Assembly: GCA_951406725.2 (NCBI GenBank)
Contig: OX597838.1
Span: 10,850,001 to 10,914,000 of the forward strand
Direction of reading: 5' to 3'
DNA: 64,000 bases
Source: Octopus vulgaris
Lineage: Eukaryota
Shown here: piece by piece, positions 1-11,535 of the stretch
Numbering within the stretch: position 1 is the stretch's first letter
How the letters are laid out: the number at the start of each line of letters is the position of its first letter
The notes under the pieces: model-generated
The model's database searches: none
Told to the model about the DNA's origin: nothing
What the model saw: only the letters and a program-made list of their open reading frames with translations
Translations under genes and position numbers: made by a program

Positions 1-511
1 AAAGGAGAGAAAGAAATAGAAAGAGCGGAAGGAGAGAAAGAGAAGACGGAGAAAGAGGAAAAAGAAAGAAGGAAGGAGGAGATAGAAAGAGAGAGAGAGA
101 AAGATGGGAAGGAGAGAAATATAGAAAAAGAGAGAGAGAGAGAAAAGAGGAAAGAAAGAAAGAGAGACATAAAGATAGATAGATAGATCAACAGAGAGAT
201 GGAGAAGGACAGAGAGAGAGAGAGAGCAACGGCTGCTGTTACATCATCATTATTTAGTATTCAAGAACGGCAGAACCGCTAAACAGAAGCTCCGTCTTTG
301 AATGCCTGCATTCAAAGATGGAATGATCTTTAATGTTTACAGACTCTGACACTGGTGATTATCTTAAACTCTCTTTCGTATATCTATATTTTCAACGGAA
401 GATGATTGATGTGTTAACAATGGCAGTTGTATATATCATTTCGGGATTAATAATTACCGATACGATGACAAACAAATACAGAAACATGCTACAATGGTTT
501 GAAACTCAATT

Positions 512-903
512 ACTCTCTTTTACTTGTTTCAGTCATTTGACTGCGACCATGCTGGAGCACCGCCTTTAGTCGAGCAAATCGACCCCGGGACTTATTCTTT
601 TGTAAGCCCAGTACTTATTCTATCGGTCTCTTTTGCCGAACCGCTAAGTAACGGGGACATAAACACACCAGCATCGGTTGTCAAGCAATGCTAGGGGGAC
701 AAGCACAGACACACACACACTCATATATATATACATATATACGACGGGCTTCTTTCAGTTTCCGTCTACCAAATCCACTCACAGGGCTTTGGTCGGCCCG
801 AGGCTATAGTAGAAGACACTTGCCCAAGGTGCCACGCAGTGGGACTGAACCCGGAACCATGTGGTTGGTAAACAAGCTACTTACCACACAGCCACTCCTG
901 CGC

Positions 904-938
<35 letters not shown>

Positions 939-1103
939 TACGACAGGCTTCTTTCAGTTTCCGTCTACCAAATCCACTCACAGGGCTTTGGTCGGCCCGA
1001 GGCTATAGCAGAAGACACCTGCCCAAGGTGCCATGCAGTGGGACTGAACCCGGAACCATGTGGTTAGTAAGCAAGCTGCTTACCACACAGCCACTCCTGC
1101 GCC
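512..1103 (-). mobile_element. tRNA-derived SINE (family S1): full copy plus second 5' half, flanked by a ~130-bp direct duplication
   Basis: Head GGCGCAGGAGTGGCTGTGTGG (A box)...GGTTCAGTCCC (B box), internal (CA/TA)n, taaaagag tail. Flanks 379-511 and 1104-1234 are near-identical. Confidence 0.9.
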
Positions 1104-1911
1104 TATATCTATATTTTCAACGGAAGATGATTGATGTGTTAACAATGGCAGTTGTATATCATTTCGGGATTAATAATTACCGATACGATGACAAACAAAT
1201 ACAGAAACATGCTACAATGGCTTGAAACTCAATTGAGGAATTTCTTCGCTACTTGTCTTTACATAGCATCACAGTCATTTGATATTGCCGTTTGGCCTCT
1301 ACCAAATTGGCACTGCTTACATTAGCTATTAAAGTACTATTATCGTTTTTATCAAGTGGAAGAATTACATCAATTTCATTTGGCATAAGCCGTGTTTTAA
1401 AAGTTCTTTTAAATGCTGTGATTGATGCTGGAATTATCAATGGCAGTGAACTAGCAGAGCCGTTAGAATACAGGACAAAATATCTTGCCATATCCAGAAG
1501 TGGTTCTTTACATTCTGAGTTCAAATACTATCAGAGATCAACTTTAATTCCCATCAGTTTTTTGTTTTTGGTGGTGGTGGTGGTGGTGGTGGAAATAGAT
1601 GAAGTACCAGTAGAGTTCTATGGGTAGGGGGCAATAATGAAAGTACCAGTTAATTCAGTGGTGGGGAGTAAGATGATCAGCTAAGTTCAGTGGTGATGAT
1701 GGTAAATAAAGTACCAGTCAAGTTCTGGGAACGGGGGAGGGGGCAATAAGGAACCAGTTAAGTCCAGAGTGGGGGCTAATGGGGGTCAATATATTTGACT
1801 GTGCCTATTAAATTTCTAGCCTTATGCCTAAATTAGAAATTATTAATTACAACTAGATGCAGGCATATCCGGCCCAAATATTCATCTGCTGTCCCTGCTG
1901 GCATGGTTGTG

Positions 1912-1939
<28 letters not shown>

Positions 1940-1942
<3 letters not shown>

Positions 1943-2196
1943 ATATTAGAAGAAATGAGGTAATCAGAAGATCAGATGGTTTATATTTACAGATATTTAT
2001 TTATATATTACATTTTTTACATATATATATCATATCACTTAGATCATTAGCGCTTTCTCCCATTCTGGGAGAATGGGAGAAAGCGCTAATGATCTAAGTG
2101 ATATGATATATATATGTAAAAAATGTAATATACAAATAAATATCTGTAAATATAAACCATCCGATCTTCTGATTACCTCATTTCTTCTAATATATA
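1940..2196. repeat. Near-perfect palindrome, ~127-bp arms, 3-nt loop
   Basis: Centre cattct-GGG-agaatg at 2067-2069; about 2 mismatches between arms; embedded in (TA)n. Confidence 0.95.
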
Positions 2197-2242
2197 ATAC
2201 CTGTACATCATCTCCAAACCTTCCAATATATATATATATATT

Positions 2243-2274
<32 letters not shown>

Positions 2275-3319
2275 GGCTTCTTTTAGTTTCTGAGTTCCAA
2301 ATCTACTCAGTTTTGGATTTGATTTATTCACACACTCCAACCACTCTATTCCCCTCCTCCCATTGTCATCATATCCTCACTCCTCCTACCCACTTACTCT
2401 ACTCTATCTTTCTTTTTCATCCCCCCCTCTCTCTCTCATACTCACCCCAACTTAGTCACACAACCCTCAGTGAGCTGAGACACTGCAAAATGGCCATATC
2501 TAGCATCTCACACCTACCCTGCACTGACATTCAAAAAAAAAAAAAAACAGTCACCTCACTGAAGCCTCAAAGCTATGAGATAACGCATAAGTAATACAAA
2601 ATTATATGAATAAATAAACATAACATTCAACAGAGTAATCTGAATGCTAAATTGTTGCTAAAGGGTTAATTTAAAACTTAAGAGTAAGAATGCCATAGAA
2701 ATTCCAAATGATGTTCTTTAACAGCAATTCCCACCTGGAGCTGAATTGTCACAACAAAAATACTAAAAACCAAATAATAACGATGGGGGAATATTTCAAG
2801 AAGCGAGAGAGAAATATAATATATAATGAAACAATATTATTCCGTGTAGAGCAAAAGACATATATAACTTATGAGATTAGTTATTAAATTTCTATTTAAA
2901 ACATCTTGTTTGCTTCTATTCAGTTTTTGGTTTTTATTATAATTATTTTGAGTGGGCAAAAGAGAAGAGAAGCAGGTGTATTAAAAATGTTCTGTTTTAA
3001 TTTGAAATTTCGCAATAATGAATTTGCAAGAATTTTCTCTTTCGTTCGTTCGCTCTCTCTCTCTCTTTTCTCTTCCATGTCCATTTCCCTAAAGAGCTAT
3101 TAAAAATAGAAATGGAAGTGGGGGGTGGGGGTGGGGGAAAGAACTCCCTGCCTCTTCTAACTAACTCTGTATATACATCTAAAATATTTACCATGCTGAT
3201 TTCTTCAGATATCAAATTGATATTAATTATGAAGACAGGCAACAGTTGAAAACATAAACGAAATAGCATTAAAGAGAACAGAAAAAGGAAGAGTTTTATT
3301 TTTTTCAATAATTGCTTAC

Positions 3320-3376
3320 TCAACCGTTCATTGTCTGGGAAACTAAAACTGGGAGAAGTTAAAGGCGCCGTAATAG
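3320..3376 (-). CDS. Candidate downstream 57-nt symmetric (phase 1-1) exon
   Basis: Acceptor ctctgctactgctgcag, donor TGA|gtaagc. Reads (A)ITAPLTSPSFSFPDNERL, in phase with the exon ending at 7868; retains CpGs within AT-rich DNA. An upstream acceptor near 3440 is also in frame. Confidence 0.5.
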
Positions 3377-3867
3377 CTGCAGCAGTAGCAGAGAATATGA
3401 TTTTGTTTATGAAGTATGAATAAAGATGACAATTATAATCTGATTAGAGAAGATAAATTAGTTTACATTCAAAACATAATGTTGTGTCTTTTCAGATTTT
3501 AGAGGATTCTGTATTAAAAATTCTTTTACGTTTTACTTGTTTCAGTCATTAGACTGCGGCCAAGCTGGGGCAACACCTTGAAGAATTTTTAGCTGAATGA
3601 ATCAAATCCAGAACTTTTTTTTTTCTAAAGCCTGGTGCTTATTTTATCAGTTTCTTTTGCCAAGCCACTAAGTTACAGAATGTAAACACACCAACACTGG
3701 TTGTCAAATGGTGGTGGTGGGACAAACACTGATACAAAGACATATGCACAATAGGCAAGTGTCTTCTACAATAGCCCTGGGCTGACCAAAGCCTTGTGAG
3801 TGGATTTGGAACTCAGAAACTAAAAAAGCCTGTTGCATGCGTGTGTGTGTGTGTATATATATATATA

Positions 3868-4060
3868 TGTAAAAAATAGTAAAAAGTGAAAAAACTACAG
3901 AAGGCTTGTTTTAAAAGGTTAAGAAATATATATTTAAGTCAATATGTCTGAAGAATGTTATAAATTTATAACATTCTTCAGACATATTGACTTAAATATA
4001 TATTTTTTAACCTTTTAAAACAAGCCTTCTGTAGTTTTTTCACTTTTACTATTTTCTATA
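3868..4060. repeat. Near-perfect palindrome, ~95-bp arms, no spacer
   Basis: Centre tataaa|tttata at 3964/3965; about one mismatch and one indel over most of the arm. Confidence 0.95.
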
Positions 4061-4142
4061 TATTCAACCACATTCTTTCACAAACCAACTTTCTCATCTA
4101 TATATATATACTTCATAACTTTAAAATTGAATAGAAGATATG

Positions 4143-4196
4143 AAATCCACCTGATGAATGTCATTTGAAGACAGGAAACAATTGTAGTGGCGATTT
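4143..4196 (+). ncRNA. Minimal type I hammerhead ribozyme motif, canonical core
   Basis: ccac-CTGATGA-a-tgtc-atttgaa-gaca-g-GAAA-caattg-TA-gtgg. Stem I ccac/gtgg (extendable aaat/attt), stem II tgtc/gaca, palindromic stem III, GUA cleavage triplet. Confidence 0.8.
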
Positions 4197-4276
4197 ATTT
4201 ACTTTATATTAAAATTTTTTATGTATTGATTAAGTCTTTCCTTGTTTGATTTGCAAAATAGTGGTTTTGTCTCTAA

Positions 4277-4311
<35 letters not shown>

Positions 4312-5556
4312 CAACCATGCCAGATGTTAGATGATGATGATACATCAATGTTGTAGATGAGTGTCACTGTCATACAAGCTGCAATACTAATTTTCAATAT
4401 TCTGCAAAATCATATCTAGCCATGGGACTAGTGAGGGTTGGTGACAGGAAGGGTATCCAGCCCATAGAAAATCTGCCTCAAATAAATCCCTTGAACCCAT
4501 GCAAACATGGAAACTGGACATTAAATGACATGATGATGCTAACACCCCCTTTGGTCATGAATGGCCATGGGATTACACCTAGAAAATTACCCTCTCAGAC
4601 ACAAGTCCAGGCAAAGTTGTTTATGGAAGACTAGCAGTCGCTCATACATACCAGCCACCCCTCTCCATACTATTGATGTTATCCCAGGGAAAGGTAAAGA
4701 CTGATACAACTTGGCACCAGTGATGTTGCAACTCATTTCTACAGCTGAGTGAACTGGAGCAATGTGAAATAAAGTGACTTGCTCAAGAACACAACATACA
4801 GCCCTGTCTAGGAATTGAACTCAACTACCTCATGATTGTGAGCCCAACGCTCTAACCACTGAGCCATGTGCCTTCATCAATTAGACACACCTACCCAAAT
4901 TCTTTACAAAATATTGGTTAGCCTAGAGGTATAGAAGAGTCACCTAAGGTGCCACAAAGTGGGCCTGTTCCCCCCCCCTAAATTATATGGTTGCAGAGCC
5001 AACTCTGCCAAACAGCCAAACCAGCACACACACATACACACACACACACACACACAAGTGAGCACACATATAAACACATCTATATTCATGCACACACACA
5101 TGCAACATGTCACTGGGGAGATAGAACAAGAATATCTAAACAAAATTACATCAACATGCATCTCCTGCAATATTCCGAATCAATCAATTAATCAATACAT
5201 CTATTAATCTATCGAGTTAAAATAACCGATTACGTGAGTTCTGAAGAGCCAAGATTTACTGGCAAACTGCTCTATGCTGTGGTACTCAACTAGAAATTTA
5301 TGGTAAAATACAAACCAGAGCAACTGCTCTGCTACTGCTGCTACAACTGATTTACCTCATAGATTTTGACAAAGTGTGGAAAAGCAAACTTCAGGGTCTG
5401 ATTTCTGGTGGACATCTGCTTTAAGCACCCTATATAACTCCCTTATAACTATTTAATTTTTTGGAATGTTCAAAAATTTTTTGTGAAGCTGTTTTCTACA
5501 CACAGGAATTCATACAATTAGGCAAAAAAAAAAAAAAAAAATTTCTACGTGTGATT

Positions 5557-5784
5557 TAACCCTTTAGTGTTCAGATTATTCTGTCAAATGTGATGTTTGA
5601 TTATTTAAAATGGTTTGAATTAATCCTGCATTATCCTGTAGTTTAAAGATTTCAGTGAAGTGATTTTTTTAGTTTTAGAACGACATGGTAGGGCTGAGGT
5701 GAGAGGCCAGATCTGGTCAGTTTCGATATAAAACAGGTTAAATATTCTGGCCGGATATGGCCGGTTTGAATGCTAAAGGGTTAA
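5557..5784. mobile_element. piggyBac-type MITE
   Basis: TTAA-CCCTTTAG...CTAAAGGG-TTAA. Related copies at ~40480-40770, 45277-45505, 45787-45870 and an end at ~2640-2669. Confidence 0.78.
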
Positions 5785-5876
5785 GGGTGATCTAGCTGTT
5801 ATTTTTAGCACATCTCATAACCACCTGATACCTTCCTTGTTTCTTTGTCACTCTGACATGTATTGATGTTTTTCTA

Positions 5877-6041
5877 GAGGCACAGGAGTGGCTGTGTGGT
5901 AAGTTGCTTGCTTACCAACCACATGGTTCTGGGTTCAGTCCCACTGCGTGGCACCTTGGGCAAGTGTCTTCTACTATAGCCTCGGGCCGACCAAAGCCTT
6001 GTGAGTGGATTTGGTAGACGGAAACTGAAAGAAGCCCATCG

Positions 6042-6104
<63 letters not shown>

Positions 6105-6318
6105 ATGTTTGTTTGTCTGTGTTTGTCCACCCAATATCGCTTGACAACCGATGCTGATGTGTTTACATCCCCATAACTTAGCGGTTCGGCCAAAGAGACC
6201 GATAGAATAAGTACTAGGCTTGCAAAGAATAAGTCCTGGGGTCGATTTGCTTGACCAATGGCGGTGCTCCAGCATGGCCACAGTCAAATGACTGAAACAA
6301 GTAAAAGAGTAAAAGAGT
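5877..6318 (+). mobile_element. SINE family S1
   Basis: Full-length homologue of 512-904 in the opposite orientation. Confidence 0.9.
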
Positions 6319-7437
6319 ATACTTTTCTCCCCCTAAACCCATTTACTGGAATGAGGATGCCTCCAAGGGTGGTCCATTGCTGGGATTTAAGCAAAACGTT
6401 TGGACTCCCTCTATTTTAAACTCTGATTTTAAAAGAAGATTTGAGAGTGGAACCTTTGGGATTTCTGGGGTAGGGGAGGGGTATTAAAAATTGTTTAATT
6501 TGTTTCTCATCATTGTATGGATTCCCATGTGTAGAACACAAATCCGCAAGAATTTTCTGAAAATTCCCAAAAATAAAAAAGTTACAATGGGTTATATGGG
6601 GTGCTTACACCAGAATTCCACCAGATTTCCTTCAGAAAAATTAAACCCTTAAACTAATCACATGACTTCCAAGCATTCACCCCAGCCAATGTCAGTGATG
6701 CTCTTAATCTGTTGATCCATTAGATCCCAGTGACCTGTCATTTCTCAAACTGTGTGGCAACTTAGGCCAACCAATGTTTTGTGAGTGAATTTGAAAGATG
6801 GAAATTGTGTGGAAGCCCCATCATATGTGTGTGTGTGTGTGTGCGTGCGTGTGTATATATATATATATATAAGTGAATTTGGAGGGATGTATTATCTTGG
6901 CAGGGCCCTTAGCCATAAACAGGCTAAAATTCAAACGAATACTGAGATATCTTAAGGAAAATTCGTTTTGCATATTCACAAAAATAATTATAATTGGAAA
7001 CATAATTATTTAAAAGTTCTTGTGGTTCCGTTAACCATTTTAGTACCAGCCTGCCTGAGACTACCCTTGCTTCTATATCAAAAAACTTCCTGCTTTAAAT
7101 TGATCTAAATTAAAACATTTCATAAAAATTTTCTGTTGATTTATGCTTCAAACACCAGCCGAATAATGACAAAATTATTTCACTAAATTCTTCATTATTT
7201 TAAAATTTAATTAAAACAAAGGTAGTGCATTTCATCAGAAATATTACAAAAGGATTAGGAACTTTTCATATAACTCAGTCAATAAAATATTAGCATTAGT
7301 AGTAGTAGTAATAGCAGCAGCAGCAGTTAAGGTAGTAGCAGCAGCTGTAGTAGAAGCAAAGGTATTATTAGTAGTATTATTAGCAGGAAGTAGAAGTATT
7401 TTATTAACAATTTATGTTGTTACAAATAAAGTTAACT

Positions 7438-7659
7438 GCGAAGGGGTGCTGAAAAGTTTCTGGCTTTAAGGGTTTTGTGAGAGGTCTGGCTGAAGGCCCA
7501 ACCTTCTCATTTCTTTCACAGAGCTTAGGGAAACCTGAAGGACTGCCACAATAAGTGTGTGAATCTGAGAGGGGAATATATTGGATAAAATCGTAATTAA
7601 CTGGTCCTCCTGTACTATTTTTTACCCAAAACCAGGAACTTTTCAGCCCCTCCTTGTAT
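7438..7659. mobile_element. Mariner-derived MITE
   Basis: Inverted ends gaaggggtgctgaaaagtttctgg / ccaggaacttttcagcccctcc. Confidence 0.7.
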
Positions 7660-7867
7660 TCAACAACTGCTTAAAAAAAAACCAAATTATAAAATTTCCA
7701 TATCTCTCACAATTATTCAGACATGCATACGTTACATATTTACACATGATACATGGTGCATCGTTATAATTACTAATCAATCTTACCAGCAAGAGAAATG
7801 GTGGACAGTATTATGGAGTTCTTTGGGACAAAGACATTAAAAAAAAAAATTATTATGAAGCATTTAC

Positions 7868-7943
7868 CTGGAACTTTTTCAACAAAATTGGATGGAACAA
7901 GACCCTTACTTCCATTAATCAGTTCTCCTTCAAAAAATCCATC
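7868..7943 (-). CDS. RIMBP2: RIMBP2-like exon encoding the C-terminal half of the SH3 domain
   Basis: Not in the ORF track. Acceptor tattcctctag, donor CAG|gtaaat, 76 nt, phase 0-1. Translates [25 protein letters not shown] and joins in frame to ...GEMDE to complete the SH3 (GLVPSNF motif). Confidence 0.93.
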
Positions 7944-10389
7944 CTAGAGGAATAATATAAAGAAAAAGAAAAAAGTTTAGAGCTACAAAATATAACCAAC
8001 ATGAAACCAAGTGAAAGAATTAAATTACAATGTGTAACATGATTTTGGTCCTCAAGTAGCATCTGTTCTTTCCTATATGCTGACCCCTAGAAAGTGTGAA
8101 AAATGGTTAGTATTTCCTTCAAACTTCGCTTATGTATCATTTCTTCAAACCCCAAAGAATCCCTCTCAGCACATGGCAGTGATGCTCTCCCACTATTTCT
8201 GCTCACCATCAGAATGTCACTAATGGACATGCTCAACTGGTTATGGTCAAGCAACTGATAAACAAATTTGTGGTATTGAGCAGAACATTTTCTATAACGA
8301 TATTTCTGCTTCAGCAACTCAGCACTGAATCTGTCTGAAATGTAATGGAAAATAGGACAGTTTCAAAACATTGATGTCCAAGTTGCAAAAGCAAAATTTG
8401 AAGGGGAAAGTAGTCATTTCCTTTGATTTCTAGATAGAAGCAAATAGAAAACAACATTTTATAACCAAAGATAAAGATTTAAAAAAACCAAAAAACACCT
8501 AAATTTTGTTACATAGTGTTATTAAAACAGAAGACATTTGATCAAAAAAAAATGTTAGTCAAAATATTAGGAATCTTCCTAAGTCAGAAACCACAATTAG
8601 ATTTAGAATATTTACCGTTCAAGGAGAGGGTTGAAATGCCGCAACTGTCATTTGGAAAAGGACCGGCATGAAATGTCAGAAAATCCCCTTCTCTTCATGG
8701 CATGCAATCTTATCTTATTTCACAAATGTCATTTCAGAAGATGTCATTCTCAGATTGTAACCTAGCTACCTAGCTACTTTGTCATCCTTGCAGTCTTGGT
8801 AGAGTCTTTAAACAAGAATTAGCATTGATGTTATCAATTCATGACTATTTATAAAGCTACAATATCGTCTTCCTCTGAATATCTTGGTGATCTTGGTGAA
8901 CAGTTACTGTTAATCACTAGAAAGTGGATTGGAGAAATCAAAATACCAGTGTACCAGATTAAATGCCTTGTGGTGGTATTTAGCTATTCAAAGTTCAAAT
9001 CCCTTGATTTCCCTTTTCACTGACTTATGGATTTTTTTTTCTTTACTCGTTTCAGTCATTTGACTGCAGCCATGCTGGAGCACTGCCTTAAAGGGTTTTA
9101 GTCGAAGAGATCGACCCCAGGACTCATTCTTTCTAAGCCTAGTACTTATTCTATTAGTCTCTTTTGCCAAACTGCTAGGTTACAGGGACAGCAAATTTGT
9201 GGGGAGGTATTAAGTCAATTACATTGACCCCAGTACTCAACTGGTATTTAATTCATCAACCTCAAGAAGATGAAAAGCAAAGTTAACCTAGGTGGAATTT
9301 GAACTCCAAATGTAAAGACATGAAATGGTACTAAGCATTTTGTCTGGTGTGCTAACGATTCTGCCAGCTTGCCACATTCAAAAGAAATCTGTAATAATCC
9401 TTTCTACTATAGACACAAGGCCTGAAATTTTGGGGGAGAGGACCAGTTGATTACATCGACCCCAGTGCATAACTGGTACTTAATTTATCAACCCCAAAAG
9501 GATGAATGGCAAAGTCGACCCTGGCGGTTTTGAGTACTTTGGGTACTCAAATCTATTTTTGTAATTTTCAAGATTGTTTTGGGGTTTCCTGAATGATCCT
9601 ACAATGTACCTATAATGTACCTAAAACCAAAAATTGCCAACTAATAACCTTGACTAACCCATACCGGCACAGAAAAAGCAGACATAAAAATAACGTTGAA
9701 GATGCTCTTATATGTGCCATGAGTAAAAAATGGTTTGGAATCACTGCTTTACATTATTCAGTGTGTATTCATTTATTGATTGCTTCACACACACACAAAC
9801 ATGCGCTATCTTGAAACCTGAATATATTAATATATTTCCTTAATTATCACTACAAATTATGATGGATGGCCAAGTGGACAGAGTATCAGACACTTTAATC
9901 AAAAGCTGACAGTTTGTACTCCACTACTTTGAGTTGCTCTTCGTCTCTGTGCTCTTAACCGCTTCTTCTGTAGTTAAATGTGGCTCTAACAGACTAGATA
10001 TATACCACAGGGTGCATAGTAATAGAGATGGTAATTCAGCTTTTAATCTGCCATACACTACTAGCCTGATACATAGAAAGGTTGAACCGCTTAGTGATTC
10101 AAGATGTAAACTGGAAATAGGAAAAGAGTCACAAATTTACACTTAATCTCCTATGCATTGCTTCATAGTATTTTAGCTAAGGAACATCACTTCTCAATGA
10201 AATGAATTGATGATGATGATAATAATAATGATAATGATAATTCTTTCTACTGTAGGCACAAGGCCTGAAATTTGAGGGGAGGGGACTAAATGATTACACT
10301 AGTACTTAATTTATTGACCTTGAAAAAAATGAAAGGCAAAGTCGACCTCAGCAGAATTTGAACTCAGAGCATAGCAATACATACACACT

Positions 10390-10768
10390 GAAGCACTCCG
10401 TTGGTTACGACGACGAGGGTTCCGGTTGATCCGATCAACGGAACAGCCTGCTCGTGAAATTAACGTGTAAGAGGCTGAGCACTCCACAGACACGTGTACC
10501 CTTAACGTAATTCTCGGGGATATTCAGCGTGACACAGCGAGTGACAAGGCCGGCCCTTTGAAATACAGGTACAACAGAAACAGGAAGTAAGAGTGAGAGA
10601 AAGTTGTGGTGAAAGACTTCAGTATGGATTACCACCATCCCTGCCGGAGCCTCGTGGAGCTTTTAGGTGTTTTCGCTCAATAAACACTCACAATGCCCGG
10701 TCTGGGAATCGAAACCGCGATCCTACGACCGCGAGTCCGCTGCCCTAACCACTGGGCCATTGCGCCTC
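10390..10768 (-). mobile_element. SINE family S3
   Basis: Reverse-complement homology to 37089-37462. Confidence 0.9.
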
Positions 10769-11111
10769 CACACATACACACACAAATAAACACATACAAA
10801 CAAACAAACAAACAAACAAAAATATCCTGTCGTTGATACTGAAATTCCAAAGAAGGTGCCTTAAATCTAGGTTAGAAACTGGTGCTAGCTCTATTGGCAA
10901 GAAATCTTGAAATAAAACTGACTGACTGACATACACAAACTGTCCTTTGAAATTTATATTTTTAATATAACTGAGAAGCTAGTTCTGTGACTTGAAAGCT
11001 AAGAGTTTCAGCCAAATGTGCTAACCAAAACTATAGGCATCCAATGCATTGAGTTCTGTTTATCTCATTAGTATAAACAATCCATTTTGTTTTAGATAGA
11101 ATGTTTAATAA

Positions 11112-11256
11112 TATTAGGTTGTCCCAAAAGTTTGTAAACACTTGCCAAAATTGAATTTTTACTCGCCAAGTACTAACAAAAACAACAAAAATTATTCCTC
11201 AAAATAAAGACCATTATTTTCCAAGACTTTCTACGAACTTTTGGGACAACCTTATA
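11112..11256. mobile_element. Tc1/mariner MITE
   Basis: TIRs aggttgtcccaaaagtttgta / tacgaacttttgggacaacct with TA flanks. Confidence 0.8.
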
Positions 11257-11279
11257 ACATTCTTAAACTTCTTGCACTC

Positions 11280-11535
11280 TGAAAAGCTCTATCTGCGACA
11301 ATTTCATCTCAATCGAAGGAGAGGGGCTTTCTCCATCCGGGTTGCAGATCCGTGGAATAAGCTGCCGGACGAGATAGTGAAGATGCCGACGACCGCTCGG
11401 TTCAAAGTCTCTCTTGACCAGAAATGGCCTGAACTCTTTGCATGAACACCCTCCCTGTACATAACTCCATGTCCCCCTACATGGCCTTGCTTTTTGCTTT
11501 TTGAGCCAAAAAATTAACTTAACTAACTTAACTTA
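11280..11535 (+). mobile_element. CR1-type LINE 3' end
   Basis: KLYLRQFHLNRRRGAFSIRVADPWNKLPDEIV...FKVSLD, followed by a short (AACTT)n tail. Confidence 0.82.

Larger units (their letters stand above)
5399..6628. mobile_element. Old element with ~120-bp diverged inverted arms, containing a nested piggyBac MITE and S1 SINE
   Basis: 5399-5520 is a diverged reverse complement of ~6510-6628. Confidence 0.6.

Noticed and set aside
688-1225. Recurrent ORFs such as RLPNPLT..WSARGYSRRHLPK
   Set aside because: Antisense translation of SINE family S1.
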